The position numbers were made by a program, and so were the translations under genes. From an uncultured delta proteobacterium (GTDB taxonomy: Bacteria > Desulfobacterota > Binatia > UBA9968), in NCBI GenBank assembly GCA_963745835.1, contig CAVUZH010000008.1, positions 92,835-156,834 of the forward strand: a DNA stretch of 64,000 nt. Direction: 5' to 3'. A model generated the notes under the pieces. That model had not been told where the DNA came from. It searched no databases and saw only the letters and a list, made by a program, of their open reading frames with translations. Shown here in pieces: positions 10,749 through 21,195 of the stretch; the stretch's first letter is position 1, and each line of letters begins with the position of its first letter.

Positions 10749-11981
10749 ATGGCACCTTGGCTAAGACTTACGCCCACCGCACGCGGTTTGATCACGCTCT
10801 ATGCCAGCACGCTGCTTTCGGGAATGTGGTCGATGCTCGTGCCGAGTATTCCTGTTATGGCGACTCATTTCGGCATCACTCCAGGCACCGCCGCCCAAAT
10901 CGTCACCGCTTTAGCCTTCGGCAGGCTTGTAGGCATGCCGATCAGCGGAGTCGTTCTCGATCGTCTCGGGGCACGTACCGCACTGGTTGCGGGACCTGGA
11001 CTGGCCTGCGCGGTCGCGCTTTTGGCCGCCATCGTGCCGTGGTTCAGTATCATTCTGCTCTTGCTTTTTGTTCTCGGCATTGCCGAAAGCATTTGGGTGA
11101 TCGCGCGCGAGGTAGCCGGCATCGATCTGGCGCTTCCCAATCAACGTGGACGGGTCCTCAGTGGGTTTCACGGCGTTAATTATTTGGGGTTGGCGTTGGG
11201 CCCTCTAGCCGGAGGCTTCCTGGCTGAAACCAGCGGCTTTCGGGGAGCATTTATCGCCTACGCCGCGTGTGCGGCAATCTCTGTGCTGCTCGGCTTCACC
11301 GTAGAAAATTCTCGAACTCCTCACAACTTTCAAGCCGCCACTGCGACAGAAGGTTGGAGCATAACTGCTTGGGTGAAACGATTGCACACGGTGAGAGACC
11401 TGATCGATCAGATTCTGCCGCACTTGCGGGCAACTTACGTTGTGCTGGTATTTGCCACTTTCACCAGTTTCATACACCGGGTCACGACCCAAAGTATGTT
11501 GCCGCTGTTCGCGACAACTGGGCTGGGACTCTCACCCAAAGAAGTGGGACTCTTGTTCACAATCTCAGGGGTAGCTGCCTTTATAATGATTCTCCCTGCA
11601 GGTTTCGTGATCGACAAAGTGGGGCGTAAGTGGGCAACAGTGCCGAGTACCGGAATCCCAGCCCTGGCGTTTTTGCTCATTCCGTTCGCCGGTAATTTTT
11701 TCGAGCTGGCTCTACTAATGTTCTTTCTCGGCATCGCCAACGGCCTCTCCTTGGGCTCCCTAGCCACCTCCACTTTTGACGTTATCCCTATAAATGCTCG
11801 AGGACGCTTACAAGCGCTTCGACGAACCATCGCCGAACTTGGTGGCGTCGGCGCGCCTTTGGCGGGAGGCGTTCTCGCAGACAATTTCAATCCCGGAGTG
11901 CCGTTTCTCGTCTATGCTCCGCTGATCATCCTATCGGCTGTACTGCTGGCGTTTATCGCTCGTGAAACGTTGCAGAGATAG
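10749..11981 (+). CDS. MFS transporter
   Basis: About 12 hydrophobic spans. MFS loop motif GVVLDRLGAR after TM2, with a second-half repeat (IDKVGRKW). Confidence 0.85.
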   Translation: MAPWLRLTPTARGLITLYASTLLSGMWSMLVPSIPVMATHFGITPGTAAQIVTALAFGRLVGMPISGVVLDRLGARTALVAGPGLACAVALLAAIVPWFSIILLLLFVLGIAESIWVIAREVAGIDLALPNQRGRVLSGFHGVNYLGLALGPLAGGFLAETSGFRGAFIAYAACAAISVLLGFTVENSRTPHNFQAATATEGWSITAWVKRLHTVRDLIDQILPHLRATYVVLVFATFTSFIHRVTTQSMLPLFATTGLGLSPKEVGLLFTISGVAAFIMILPAGFVIDKVGRKWATVPSTGIPALAFLLIPFAGNFFELALLMFFLGIANGLSLGSLATSTFDVIPINARGRLQALRRTIAELGGVGAPLAGGVLADNFNPGVPFLVYAPLIILSAVLLAFIARETLQR

Positions 11982-12056
11982 ATGCGTGCCGAGAATTGCA
12001 AGACAACAAATGATGACGACAAGCCGGATGCAAGCACATGAGTTTCCAGATATTTG

Positions 12057-12954
12057 TTAAGCGCCTTTTTTTTCTCCTGGGGCTTTGCCTTCTGCGCTTG
12101 CATGTTCGAGTTCGGCATTGATTTCACCGCCCACCAAAATGACGAATCCGCTGACGTACATCCAGGTCAGCAGCACGATGATGGCGCCGATACTGCCGTA
12201 GGTCTTGTCATATGAGCCGAAGTTATTAACGTAGTACGAGAAACCCAGTGAGATGAGTATCCAAATAATCACGGCAAGAACGGATCCCGGAGTAATCCAT
12301 TTCCAACTCTGATCGACATCGGGTGCGAAGTAATAGATCGCGGCGACGGCGGTCATCAACCAGAATTAAGATGACCGGCCAGCGTAGAATATTCCAGGCG
12401 ATCTCGAAGGCTCTTCCCAACCCAACAAGGTCGGCAATCCAACCCCCGATCTGCGGCCCGAACATCAAGAGAACGATCGAGGCAATCAGAAAGATCGATA
12501 GACCAACGGTTAATAGGATCGCCATACCGCGAACTTTCCAAAAGGGCCGGCCTTCTTCAACGTCATAGGCATGGTTTAGAGCATCCGAAATCCCGGTAAG
12601 CGCGCTGGACGCGGTCCAAAGGGCCGCCACGATGCCAAATGAGAGCAGCCCGCCGCGTTGTTGTGAAACCAGCTTGCCGACATTATCTTTTACCAAGCTC
12701 AATGCTTCACCCGGCATAACCTCGGCTAGCAAGCCGATGATCCGGTCCATCAGATTTGGAATCGGCAGATAAGCCAACAATGCGGTCAAAAAAAGAAAGA
12801 ACGGAAAGAGCGCAAACAGGAAATAGTAGGCAAGCGAAGCCGCGTAGACTGCGCAATTGTCCTGCTGCACTTCGGCGATAACCCGTTTGATGAGTTGGGT
12901 CGCACGCACTCCACGCAGCGAAAAAGTATCTTTGAGATCTTGCTTGACGCTCAT
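12057..12954 (-). CDS. YihY/BrkB-family membrane protein with one apparent frameshift near 12360
   Basis: ORF 12226..12954 (SLAYYFLFALFPFFLFL, ALWTASSA) continues colinearly in ORF 12057..12359 (AAIYYFAPDV..., GSIGAIIVLLTWMYVSGFVILVGGEINAE). Confidence 0.75.
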
Positions 12955-13280
12955 CAGAATCTGCCGCGCTTTGCGACGCTCAACTAGAGCAACGGACCGC
13001 CGGCAAAAACCGCAAAGCCTATGCCATGAAAAAAAGAAAATCGTTCGGAGAGCATTCCGGCCACTGTCTCAGCCATGCGAAAACAAAGGCTTCAACTCTC
13101 CATCTACGGGACGATGGTAGAGCCGCCATTCGGTATAGATAAATAATAAGGAGGAAGGTTTATCATCGGCCTCGATGTGGTGGCGTGCAAGCGGAAACAG
13201 GAAGCGCAAAAAGCACGTTATGGGAGGTCTACTGGATTTTCAACGCTTTTGGTTTATCATATGTTTTCTCCGGGAATCAC

Positions 13281-14360
13281 ATGGAATATAGAACAGACGA
13301 TCTACGAATAAAGGAAATAAAGGAGCTACTGCCGCCGGCGCAAGTGCTGCGCGATATCGCGATCACGAGCAAGGCCGCCGAGACAGTATACCGGACGCGC
13401 CAAGCCATTCACCGAATCTTGCACGGTGCTGATGACCGTCTGCTGGTTATCTTGGGCCCATGTTCGATTCATGACGTTAACGCCGCTAAAGAGTATGCCG
13501 GCAAGCTCAGAGAAGTGAAGGAGCGCCTCAGCAGTGATCTACTGCTGGTGATGCGTGTGTATTTCGAGAAACCGCGCACCACCGTCGGTTGGAAGGGGCT
13601 GATCAACGACCCCCAACTTGACGGCAGCTTCCGCATCAACGAAGGCTTGCGTATCAGCCGTCGACTCTTGCTCGATCTTAACGAGATGGCGGTGCCGGCG
13701 GGTTCCGAGTTTCTCGACATGATTACCCCGCAGTATGTCGCTGACCTGGTTTCCTGGGGAGCTATCGGCGCGCGCACGACCGAGAGTCAAGTGCACCGCG
13801 AGCTTGCTTCCGGCCTATCCTGTCCCGTCGGTTTCAAAAACGGCACTGACGGCAACGTCCGCATCGCCGTTGACGCCATCCGCGCCGCGCAAGCTCCGCA
13901 TCATTTTCTCTCCGTAACCAAGGACGGTCATTCGGCGATCGTCTCAACCACCGGCAACGAAGATTGCCATGTCATTCTGCGAGGCGGTCGTAATCCCAAT
14001 TACGATGCAAAAAACATCGATGCAGCGGCGAAGGGTATGGCGGAAGCCGGCATATCGGCGAGAATTATGATCGATTGCAGCCATGGCAACAGCGGCAAAG
14101 AACCGGAAAAGCAGGTCGAGGTCGGTCGTCAGGTTGCCAGCCAAATTGCCGACGGCGATGCCCGGATCTTCGGCGTTATGATCGAAAGCCATCTCAAAGC
14201 AGGCCGTCAAGATCTGATGCCGGGCAAAGAACTCGTCTACGGTTTAAGCATCACAGACGCGTGTGTCGGCTGGGAAGACACCGGCAAATTGGTAGAGGAC
14301 CTCGCACATGCAGTTCGCCAGCGTCGCCTGAAGGCGGCTACTGAGGGCGAAGCGGAGTAG
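13281..14360 (+). CDS. aroG: 3-deoxy-7-phosphoheptulonate (DAHP) synthase, class I alpha (AroG/F/H type)
   Basis: Near-colinear with the E. coli AroG text I remember (DDLRIKEIKELLPP, RVYFEKPRTTVGWKGLINDP, WGAIGARTTESQVHRELASGLSCPVGFKNGTDG). Start moved to ATG 13281 (MEYRTDDLRIKE). The isozyme cannot be assigned. Confidence 0.9.
   Translation: MEYRTDDLRIKEIKELLPPAQVLRDIAITSKAAETVYRTRQAIHRILHGADDRLLVILGPCSIHDVNAAKEYAGKLREVKERLSSDLLLVMRVYFEKPRTTVGWKGLINDPQLDGSFRINEGLRISRRLLLDLNEMAVPAGSEFLDMITPQYVADLVSWGAIGARTTESQVHRELASGLSCPVGFKNGTDGNVRIAVDAIRAAQAPHHFLSVTKDGHSAIVSTTGNEDCHVILRGGRNPNYDAKNIDAAAKGMAEAGISARIMIDCSHGNSGKEPEKQVEVGRQVASQIADGDARIFGVMIESHLKAGRQDLMPGKELVYGLSITDACVGWEDTGKLVEDLAHAVRQRRLKAATEGEAE
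13911..14360 (+). repeat. direct repeat R1, copy a (3' ~150 codons of aroG)
   Basis: Hand alignment to 21421..21868 gives roughly 17 substitutions and two 1-nt indels. The repeat ends exactly at the stop codon. Confidence 0.9.
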
Positions 14361-14857
14361 GGTTAACGCTGGAAGGCCATAGCTGCTTGCAGATCCCCAG
14401 CAAGATCGGACCAACTCTTTAGTTTTCCTTCGGTATCACATTCCCCGGTGTTTCATCCTATGTAGCAATGTCATTGATAATTAATCCGCGAGTGCTTGAT
14501 CTTATCCTGTGACTTGCCCGTCCCACGTTGCCATCCACTCAAATAATTCCGTGCCGATCAATCACGGTTAAATTCCTTAAGATACTCTCAATCCTTTTCA
14601 CTGATGACGTGATTTTCCGCCGTGGAGTATCACTTTGCGATAAGCCGCACATACTTCCTCTTCAGAGAGCAGCCAATCGCATTATTGAGTTTTTTTGGTG
14701 AGGTGAACAAACATATAGCTAAAGTCTGGAATACACAGCCACTGCTTGACATCCACTTCCATTTCGAATAAGTCGCCCCGTCGCAGTTAACAGTTCAACG
14801 GCTCTATGACTGCCCCAGGATTAATCATAATCACTCGATCTGACACCGAGGGCGCCA

Positions 14858-17428
14858 ATGACAAGACAGCTTTGCTTCTGCTTCACTGTTGCGATTTGTG
14901 CCGTTCTTTCGCTTGCTCTTTTCCACCCTGTATCAGCGCAGCAACTCGGGAGAGTCCTCTACGTCAACAAAACTGACAACACCTGCAACGGTCGATCTCC
15001 CTGTCATCCGAAAATTCAGGCGGCGATTGACGTCTCTGCTCCCGGTGACACGATCCGGATACAAGCTGGGACCTATCCCGAACAGCTGAACATTCAAAAG
15101 AATGATTTTGCGAGCGCCGAGGAGGCAAGTCGTATCATCATTGAGGCGGATCCGGAGAGCGCTCCAGGCGCGGTTGTATTGACTGGATCTGCGGGTACCC
15201 AATGTACCAACAAATTTGCCATTCGTATCAGGCGCTCTAAATTCGTTACAATCCGAGGCCTAACGATCACCGGCACCGGCGCTGAAGCGATCTTCATGAT
15301 GGGTGGTGCCAATAGTAATCAGGGCATAAATATCGTCGAAAACCGCATTTACGGCAACGGTAGCAGTTCATGTAATGGTGGCATCACTATCGCTCGGGGA
15401 AACCCGGAGACGCTTATCGTCAACAACCTGATACACGCCAACGGACAAAATGGAATAGCCCTAATCGATGGGGACGGTGGCCCTCACTACATCATCAACA
15501 ACACCGTATACGCCAACCAATGGAACGGTGTCTCCATCGCCTCGGGGAGGGACGTATTTCTTGTCAACAATATTATCAATCAGAACGGTACCGCCTCAGG
15601 TACTAGTGGCGGACGTTTCGGCGTTCAGGTAGAAAGCTGGACCGCACCAACACCCGAGCGCGTTCATCTGCTGAATAACCTGGTTTGCGGAAACCGGCAA
15701 GGAGAGATCTTTGGACAAGCTCTCGATACCACGGATTCCGGCAATCTTTCGCCGCACGGAACCGAGGGCTCGGGCTTTACTCCCAGCGCGGGATGCAACA
15801 ACGCGGACGGTGTGCTGGCCAATGTGAAAGGTCCTGACGGCATCGCAAACACGAGAGACGATGATTATAGGTTATTAAGCGTTTCACCTGCGCTCGATAG
15901 CGGCCTAGACACCCGCACTCTAGGCCTAAGCCCACTCTTTAATCCCATCTTAGAAGGCGACTACTATATAGATCTAACACGCCCTAGAATAGGAAAGCGC
16001 GGAAATCATGCTCAGTTTGATATCGGCGCTCACGAATATATAATCGCCAACCAATCGCCAGTGGCCAACGCCGGCCAAACAGTGACAGTGACATCCGGCA
16101 CGATCGTCAGTCTTAACGGCAGTAGCAGCTTCGATCCCGACGGTGATTCGCTTAGCTATCATTGGGCACAGACCGCGGGTCCCGGCGTGACCATTTCAAA
16201 TCCTACTGCCGCCGGCCCGGTATTGACAGCGCCAACAGTCCAAGGGCTAACGATTTTAACTTTTCAACTCACGGTCAGCGACGGCTTAGTAGATAGCTCG
16301 GCAAGCGTCAACATTACAGTTACCAAACCAAACCAGCCGCCGGTGCTTTCATCTATTGGCGACAGAACAGTAACAGTCGGAAGCACTCTTCAATTCACCG
16401 TCAGCGCCAGCGATCCGGACGATGATCCTTTGATCTACTCCGTTGCGCCTTTACCGGCAAATGCTGCGTTCGATGCCGGCACGCGATTATTCGCATTCAC
16501 GCCGATTGTAAGCCAGGTAGGCTCGTTCAGTCTCACCGTAGCAGCGAGCGACGGCAAAGGAGGGACGGCATCAGAGAGCATCAGGATCACCGTGACGGCT
16601 GGGTTAGCGATCAACATCACGACTCCGACCAATGGCGCGACCGTGCCGTCAGGACAGCTCACCGTGCGTGGATCGATAACGAATCCCACTGGAGGTGAGG
16701 TAGGCGTAACGGTGAATGGGTTTCCGGCGTGGATTCAGGAGAATACGTTCACGGCATTGGTCTCCGTGGCACCTGAGACGACGAGCCTCACAGCGTCTGC
16801 AACTTCTCGGAACGGGGCGACAGCCACCCATATGATAAAGATTGGCCTTTCTGAGTCATCGATTCCCGCTCTTATGCTTCATGCCAGCCCGAATAGTGGT
16901 ACGGCGCCCCTTACGGTTACGTTCTCATTGCTTACTGATTTTCAGACTACGCACGTGAGCTTTGATGCGGACGGCAACGGTGAGATCGACTATAATAGTC
17001 CGCAACTGAACAATCAGATCTTCACTTTTACAGATCCGGGTGTTTACGTTGCTATAGGCACGGCGTTCGATGCTCAAGGGAATCAGTTTGGTGCGGATGC
17101 CATCATTCAAGTTTTCGATTCTTCACAGTTGGATATTATTCTGAAAGCCAAGTGGGTTGCGATGAAAGATGCCTTGCGAGTTGGAAATATCGAGCTGGCG
17201 TTAAATGAGATCGTAGCTCGGTCCCGCTCGCGCTATGAAGAAGCGTTTCAGATAATCGCGACACAACTACCAAACATTGATCAGATACTTCCGAATATCT
17301 CGTTGGTTCGCATTGGGAATCTCTCGGCAGTTTACGAAGCCATTCGTATAGATGATGGTTTGGGAATGTCCTTTGAGGTGCGCTTTGCAATTGATGGAGA
17401 CGGTATTTGGCGAATGGAAACATTCTAA
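14858..17428 (+). CDS. secreted parallel beta-helix protein with Ig/PKD/cadherin-like repeats (856 aa)
   Basis: Signal peptide ...ALFHPVSA|QQ. Beta-helix rungs (IVENRIYGNG, IVNNLIHANGQNGIAL, IINNTVYANQWNGVSI, LVNNIINQNG). DYRL..SPALDSG tail. Ig-like modules (FDPDGDSLSYHW, SASDPDDDPLIYS, APLTVTFS...DADGNGEIDY). Confidence 0.8.
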   Translation: MTRQLCFCFTVAICAVLSLALFHPVSAQQLGRVLYVNKTDNTCNGRSPCHPKIQAAIDVSAPGDTIRIQAGTYPEQLNIQKNDFASAEEASRIIIEADPESAPGAVVLTGSAGTQCTNKFAIRIRRSKFVTIRGLTITGTGAEAIFMMGGANSNQGINIVENRIYGNGSSSCNGGITIARGNPETLIVNNLIHANGQNGIALIDGDGGPHYIINNTVYANQWNGVSIASGRDVFLVNNIINQNGTASGTSGGRFGVQVESWTAPTPERVHLLNNLVCGNRQGEIFGQALDTTDSGNLSPHGTEGSGFTPSAGCNNADGVLANVKGPDGIANTRDDDYRLLSVSPALDSGLDTRTLGLSPLFNPILEGDYYIDLTRPRIGKRGNHAQFDIGAHEYIIANQSPVANAGQTVTVTSGTIVSLNGSSSFDPDGDSLSYHWAQTAGPGVTISNPTAAGPVLTAPTVQGLTILTFQLTVSDGLVDSSASVNITVTKPNQPPVLSSIGDRTVTVGSTLQFTVSASDPDDDPLIYSVAPLPANAAFDAGTRLFAFTPIVSQVGSFSLTVAASDGKGGTASESIRITVTAGLAINITTPTNGATVPSGQLTVRGSITNPTGGEVGVTVNGFPAWIQENTFTALVSVAPETTSLTASATSRNGATATHMIKIGLSESSIPALMLHASPNSGTAPLTVTFSLLTDFQTTHVSFDADGNGEIDYNSPQLNNQIFTFTDPGVYVAIGTAFDAQGNQFGADAIIQVFDSSQLDIILKAKWVAMKDALRVGNIELALNEIVARSRSRYEEAFQIIATQLPNIDQILPNISLVRIGNLSAVYEAIRIDDGLGMSFEVRFAIDGDGIWRMETF

Positions 17429-17440
17429 GGAACACGAAGG

Positions 17441-18067
17441 ATGATGATTTGCACATCGAAAACCGGCAAATTCCTGCAACGCCTAACGAGATGGTGGGCG
17501 GTCGCACTTTTGGTAGTCCTTACATTAAGTTGTCTTGGGGTGACTGAACGTGCAACTGCCGCTGGGCCCTGGAAAGGACAAATTGTCGATAAAGAAACGG
17601 GAAAGCCATTGGAGGGGGTTGTTGTGCTGGCGACTTGGTACAAAGCATACAGCACACACGGCGGGTGGGGTGGTGCTGGGTATCACGATTCGGAAGAAGT
17701 CGTGACGGACACGAACGGTCGATTTACGATTCAGTCAAAACAAACGTGGACGATAAATCCGTTCAGCACCATCAAAGGCCCGGAATTTTACATATTCAAA
17801 CCTGGGTATGGGCAATGGCAGTTTGAAGGTCAGGATCGATGGAGTAAAGACGCGCTGGAAAGTGAAGAACAACGAAAGCAAACATGGCAAAAATTCGTAG
17901 GCGAAGGTGTAACGTTGGAGTTGCCGAGACTGAGTTCGCGTGATGCTAGATTGAAATTTCTTAAAAGACCAGATGGTGAGATCCCATCGGACAGAATGCC
18001 ACAGTACCTCGAAGCACTTGATCAAGAGCGCATAAGCTTAGGTTTAAGACCAGGTTACGTGCAGTAA
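17441..18067 (+). CDS. secreted/anchored protein with CarboxypepD_reg-like fold (208 aa)
   Basis: Starts 12 nt after the upstream stop. N-terminal hydrophobic segment. GQIVDKETGKPLEGVVVLATW...TDTNGRFTI resembles carboxypeptidase regulatory-like beta-sandwich domains. Confidence 0.6.
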   Translation: MMICTSKTGKFLQRLTRWWAVALLVVLTLSCLGVTERATAAGPWKGQIVDKETGKPLEGVVVLATWYKAYSTHGGWGGAGYHDSEEVVTDTNGRFTIQSKQTWTINPFSTIKGPEFYIFKPGYGQWQFEGQDRWSKDALESEEQRKQTWQKFVGEGVTLELPRLSSRDARLKFLKRPDGEIPSDRMPQYLEALDQERISLGLRPGYVQ

Positions 18068-18078
18068 AGGAGTTTAAT

Positions 18079-21000
18079 TTGCGCAACTATAGTCTCGTAG
18101 GTCAACTACTCTCTCTGCTTGTAACTATCCTATTAGGCTGTCCTACTGCACTTGATGCGTATGACATTGGAACTCATCAGCGGATCGCTGAGCGAGCGAC
18201 AGACCAATCGGTCGTAAATACATATCTTCGTGACCAGTTAGATCTTCGAGAGGGAGCAAACGAAATCTTCCTTGGGCGCTCGGTACGGGACTGGATCACT
18301 TTCGGGACTCGATTCGAAGACGAACCTTCAGCTCGTGTCCTAAATCACTTTCACAATCCTTTACAGGCGTGGGGACAGGCAGGTCTCACTCTACCAGTGT
18401 TGGGACAACGCGGCCAGTCTTCCATTTTTTGGGGGCAGAACCCAAATCAAAACCCTGGAGGTAAATGGTCTTGGCTGGATTTGCGAAAGAAGTACGCGGA
18501 AGCGTTGAGCTTGCCGACGAGGTTCAGCCGTGACCGATCCTTTGCAGACCTGTTTCGTGGCCTCGGCCATCTGAGCCACCTGGTGCAAGATGCAACCGTT
18601 CCGGCACATGTGCGGAATGATTCTCATGTGTGCCTGCCGGTTCCTTTTATTAACATCTGTCCACCGATGAATCCTGATTGGTACGAAGATTGGGCTGAAA
18701 GAAGGCGAGATCAGGTAGATGCCTTCATAGCTTTACAACCCATCACACCGGCACACTCAATTTTTACGCCAACAAATGACAGCCAAGCTAGAGTTCCCAT
18801 AGCGCGGCTTGTTGATACTGACAGATTTCAGGACGGAGACTTTTCGATACTCTCCGACGCGAATCTTGGAACTTCAGAATTCACGAGCGGAAATTTCCTT
18901 AGTAGAGACCGTATCTTTAAAGTCTTTACGCTGCCCCGAACTAGTAGCTTAGACTTGGATAATCCAGTGGTTATCCCGGAGGGCATCAGTTTTAGGCGGT
19001 ATTACAGTAAAATTCGAGAGGGAGTCTCAGTGCATCGCTTTATCTCAGAAGGAATGCTTTGGAAAGCATTAGTAACCGCGAGACAAGCGCCGCCTCCATC
19101 TGGTGGTTGGACAATGGACGATCGAGTTCATGCGGATTACGCAAAACTTCTTCTTCCCCGCGCGGTCGGCTATTCAGCAAGCCTGTTCGATTATTTCTTC
19201 CGCGGCAAGCTCAACGTTGACGTGTCAACCGATCCGAACGATATGTCACTAGTGCGGGTTGAGGGAACCAACGGGTCGACGGAGAAACTCGATGGTGGAA
19301 CTCTCGAACTCTACAGCGAAGATATTACCGGAGCACGGATCGCGGCTACACCAGTTGGCACGAATACGGTAACGGCAGATCCGGGCCAGCCGATATCGGC
19401 TACTTTTAGATTGCCAGCCAATAGCGACAAGTTAATGGCGGTTTACAAAGGAAAGCTCGGTGACGAAGCGCCACAAGGTGATTTCCCGGGGGCTATTATC
19501 GGCAAGTCTCTTAGCCCGCAACGTGTTGAGCAAATCTTTTCGGATTCGATCCGTTGGTACATTAGAAATTCCAGCGGCGCGTTTCCGTTGTCACTTTTGA
19601 AATCCGACCTCGACGATCTCCAGTGGGGCGACAGTGGTAACACGCTTGTGGGGCGGAGCCGTATAGGACCAGGGCAGCCGAACTTATTTTACACATACAG
19701 AATCAATCGACTCGTCGGAGCGACGCACATCCCACTCACAGCGAACAATGAGGTGGATATTCACACCATACAGCAGTACTCGTTTCCAATGGGCGTAGGC
19801 ATTGGCACCAACGCACAATTTTCGCATACGTTGCCTTACAAGCAACATCTGTTGTGGAAACAGATTAAGGCCGTTCAAACCTGGGTGCCAACGGAGTTAG
19901 ACAATCCCGCGGCGGGTTCCTATATCTCGGGGCCATCTGAAGTTATGTACGGGATAAGCCTGCTCGTAGACGAAGTTAAGTCCACCAGCTTAAATTACTC
20001 ACTTCTGTTGGACGAAAGTTCGCATGTCTTCGGCACTGGTGCGTCTCAATACAACTGGAACGTCTGGAGTATTCATCTTACGGACGACGGAAGACCTCTG
20101 GCGCTTGTCCAGATTAATCTTACGAGCAACAGTCTTGGAACCGCCACCTTCTCTTCACGGACACTTGGCGGTGGAGGGAATGGAAGTGCCGCGCCGCCGA
20201 TTATTGAATTACCTTCAGTGCAGGTTCCGTTCGGATTGCCAGAACTGGGACCCATCTGGGCTTTGATCGATATAACAACGGGGCAGATTCTAGCCAATAC
20301 GGCTCCGCCGAACGTGGTGATCAACCACACCAACGGGCGAACGGTTTATCATCCGAGCCAGGCGCCGACATATCGAGTATTATCGACAACGCGGTACTTT
20401 GGCGGCCCACAAAATGGCGCAATCGAGCCCTGGACCGCTGCTGACGATTCTATTCCGCCAGTCCATAACCGAAATCAATGTACCGTCGATCGGCTAAATG
20501 CAATGAACGTGGTTGCCAGTCAATCGGTTAGTCCGCCTCATGTTCAAACCCAGTTAACGCAGAACCGTGCCGAAATCGGTCAGCTCGACTTCGGATCCGT
20601 CCCATTTACTTCCGGGAGTGTTCTTAACTTCGCGATCGATTGTGGTGATGCCCTTAGCCCGGCGCAGGGCTTCCGAATTGTTGTAGCTCCTGGGCCGTTG
20701 TTTGCGCCTAACAACATTGGCGAGTTTGGTGCCGGCGTGCTGCGCATTACACCTACGGCCGGAACTGAAAAGCTCGTGTTTCTCATGAGTCAGGCCCAGA
20801 ATGACTCGGTCTCCAGCCAGCGGACGAAGTTGATCGCATGGAATCCAGAGCTGTCTCGTATTGATGCGGTAAAAGAATTTACCGATCAGGGGCTTCACGC
20901 GCTTACGACGGCGAGCCGTGACGCCGCACTGTTTGTCACTATTGGCATCACTAGCAACCAGTCCAGGCTGGTCGATTTTTCGACAGAGAGCGCAACATCA

Positions 21001-21195
21001 GTTTCGAATCAGCTCCTGTTCGACTATTCCTTGTTGGATCCGTCCTATTTGTACAATACGAGCGATTTCAAGTTTCACAGCAAAGACCCCTCTTTGGCTT
21101 CGACCGGCACGCCGGTCAGTTTGGCGCCTGCGCTGAGCGGAAATCCGCGGGGGCGCTATCACCTGCTAAGGATCGGCGGAGGAGCGTTAAACTGA
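18079..21195 (+). CDS. large secreted protein, N-terminal zinc-phospholipase-C/P1-nuclease-like domain plus ~830 aa of unknown function (1038 aa)
   Basis: TTG start 6 nt after AAGGAG and 11 nt after the upstream stop. Signal-like N-terminus. His/Asp pattern THQRIAERA, FEDEPSARVLNHFHNP, LGHLSHLVQDATVPAHVRNDSH. The last 45 codons lie in repeat R2. Confidence 0.7.
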   Translation: MRNYSLVGQLLSLLVTILLGCPTALDAYDIGTHQRIAERATDQSVVNTYLRDQLDLREGANEIFLGRSVRDWITFGTRFEDEPSARVLNHFHNPLQAWGQAGLTLPVLGQRGQSSIFWGQNPNQNPGGKWSWLDLRKKYAEALSLPTRFSRDRSFADLFRGLGHLSHLVQDATVPAHVRNDSHVCLPVPFINICPPMNPDWYEDWAERRRDQVDAFIALQPITPAHSIFTPTNDSQARVPIARLVDTDRFQDGDFSILSDANLGTSEFTSGNFLSRDRIFKVFTLPRTSSLDLDNPVVIPEGISFRRYYSKIREGVSVHRFISEGMLWKALVTARQAPPPSGGWTMDDRVHADYAKLLLPRAVGYSASLFDYFFRGKLNVDVSTDPNDMSLVRVEGTNGSTEKLDGGTLELYSEDITGARIAATPVGTNTVTADPGQPISATFRLPANSDKLMAVYKGKLGDEAPQGDFPGAIIGKSLSPQRVEQIFSDSIRWYIRNSSGAFPLSLLKSDLDDLQWGDSGNTLVGRSRIGPGQPNLFYTYRINRLVGATHIPLTANNEVDIHTIQQYSFPMGVGIGTNAQFSHTLPYKQHLLWKQIKAVQTWVPTELDNPAAGSYISGPSEVMYGISLLVDEVKSTSLNYSLLLDESSHVFGTGASQYNWNVWSIHLTDDGRPLALVQINLTSNSLGTATFSSRTLGGGGNGSAAPPIIELPSVQVPFGLPELGPIWALIDITTGQILANTAPPNVVINHTNGRTVYHPSQAPTYRVLSTTRYFGGPQNGAIEPWTAADDSIPPVHNRNQCTVDRLNAMNVVASQSVSPPHVQTQLTQNRAEIGQLDFGSVPFTSGSVLNFAIDCGDALSPAQGFRIVVAPGPLFAPNNIGEFGAGVLRITPTAGTEKLVFLMSQAQNDSVSSQRTKLIAWNPELSRIDAVKEFTDQGLHALTTASRDAALFVTIGITSNQSRLVDFSTESATSVSNQLLFDYSLLDPSYLYNTSDFKFHSKDPSLASTGTPVSLAPALSGNPRGRYHLLRIGGGALN

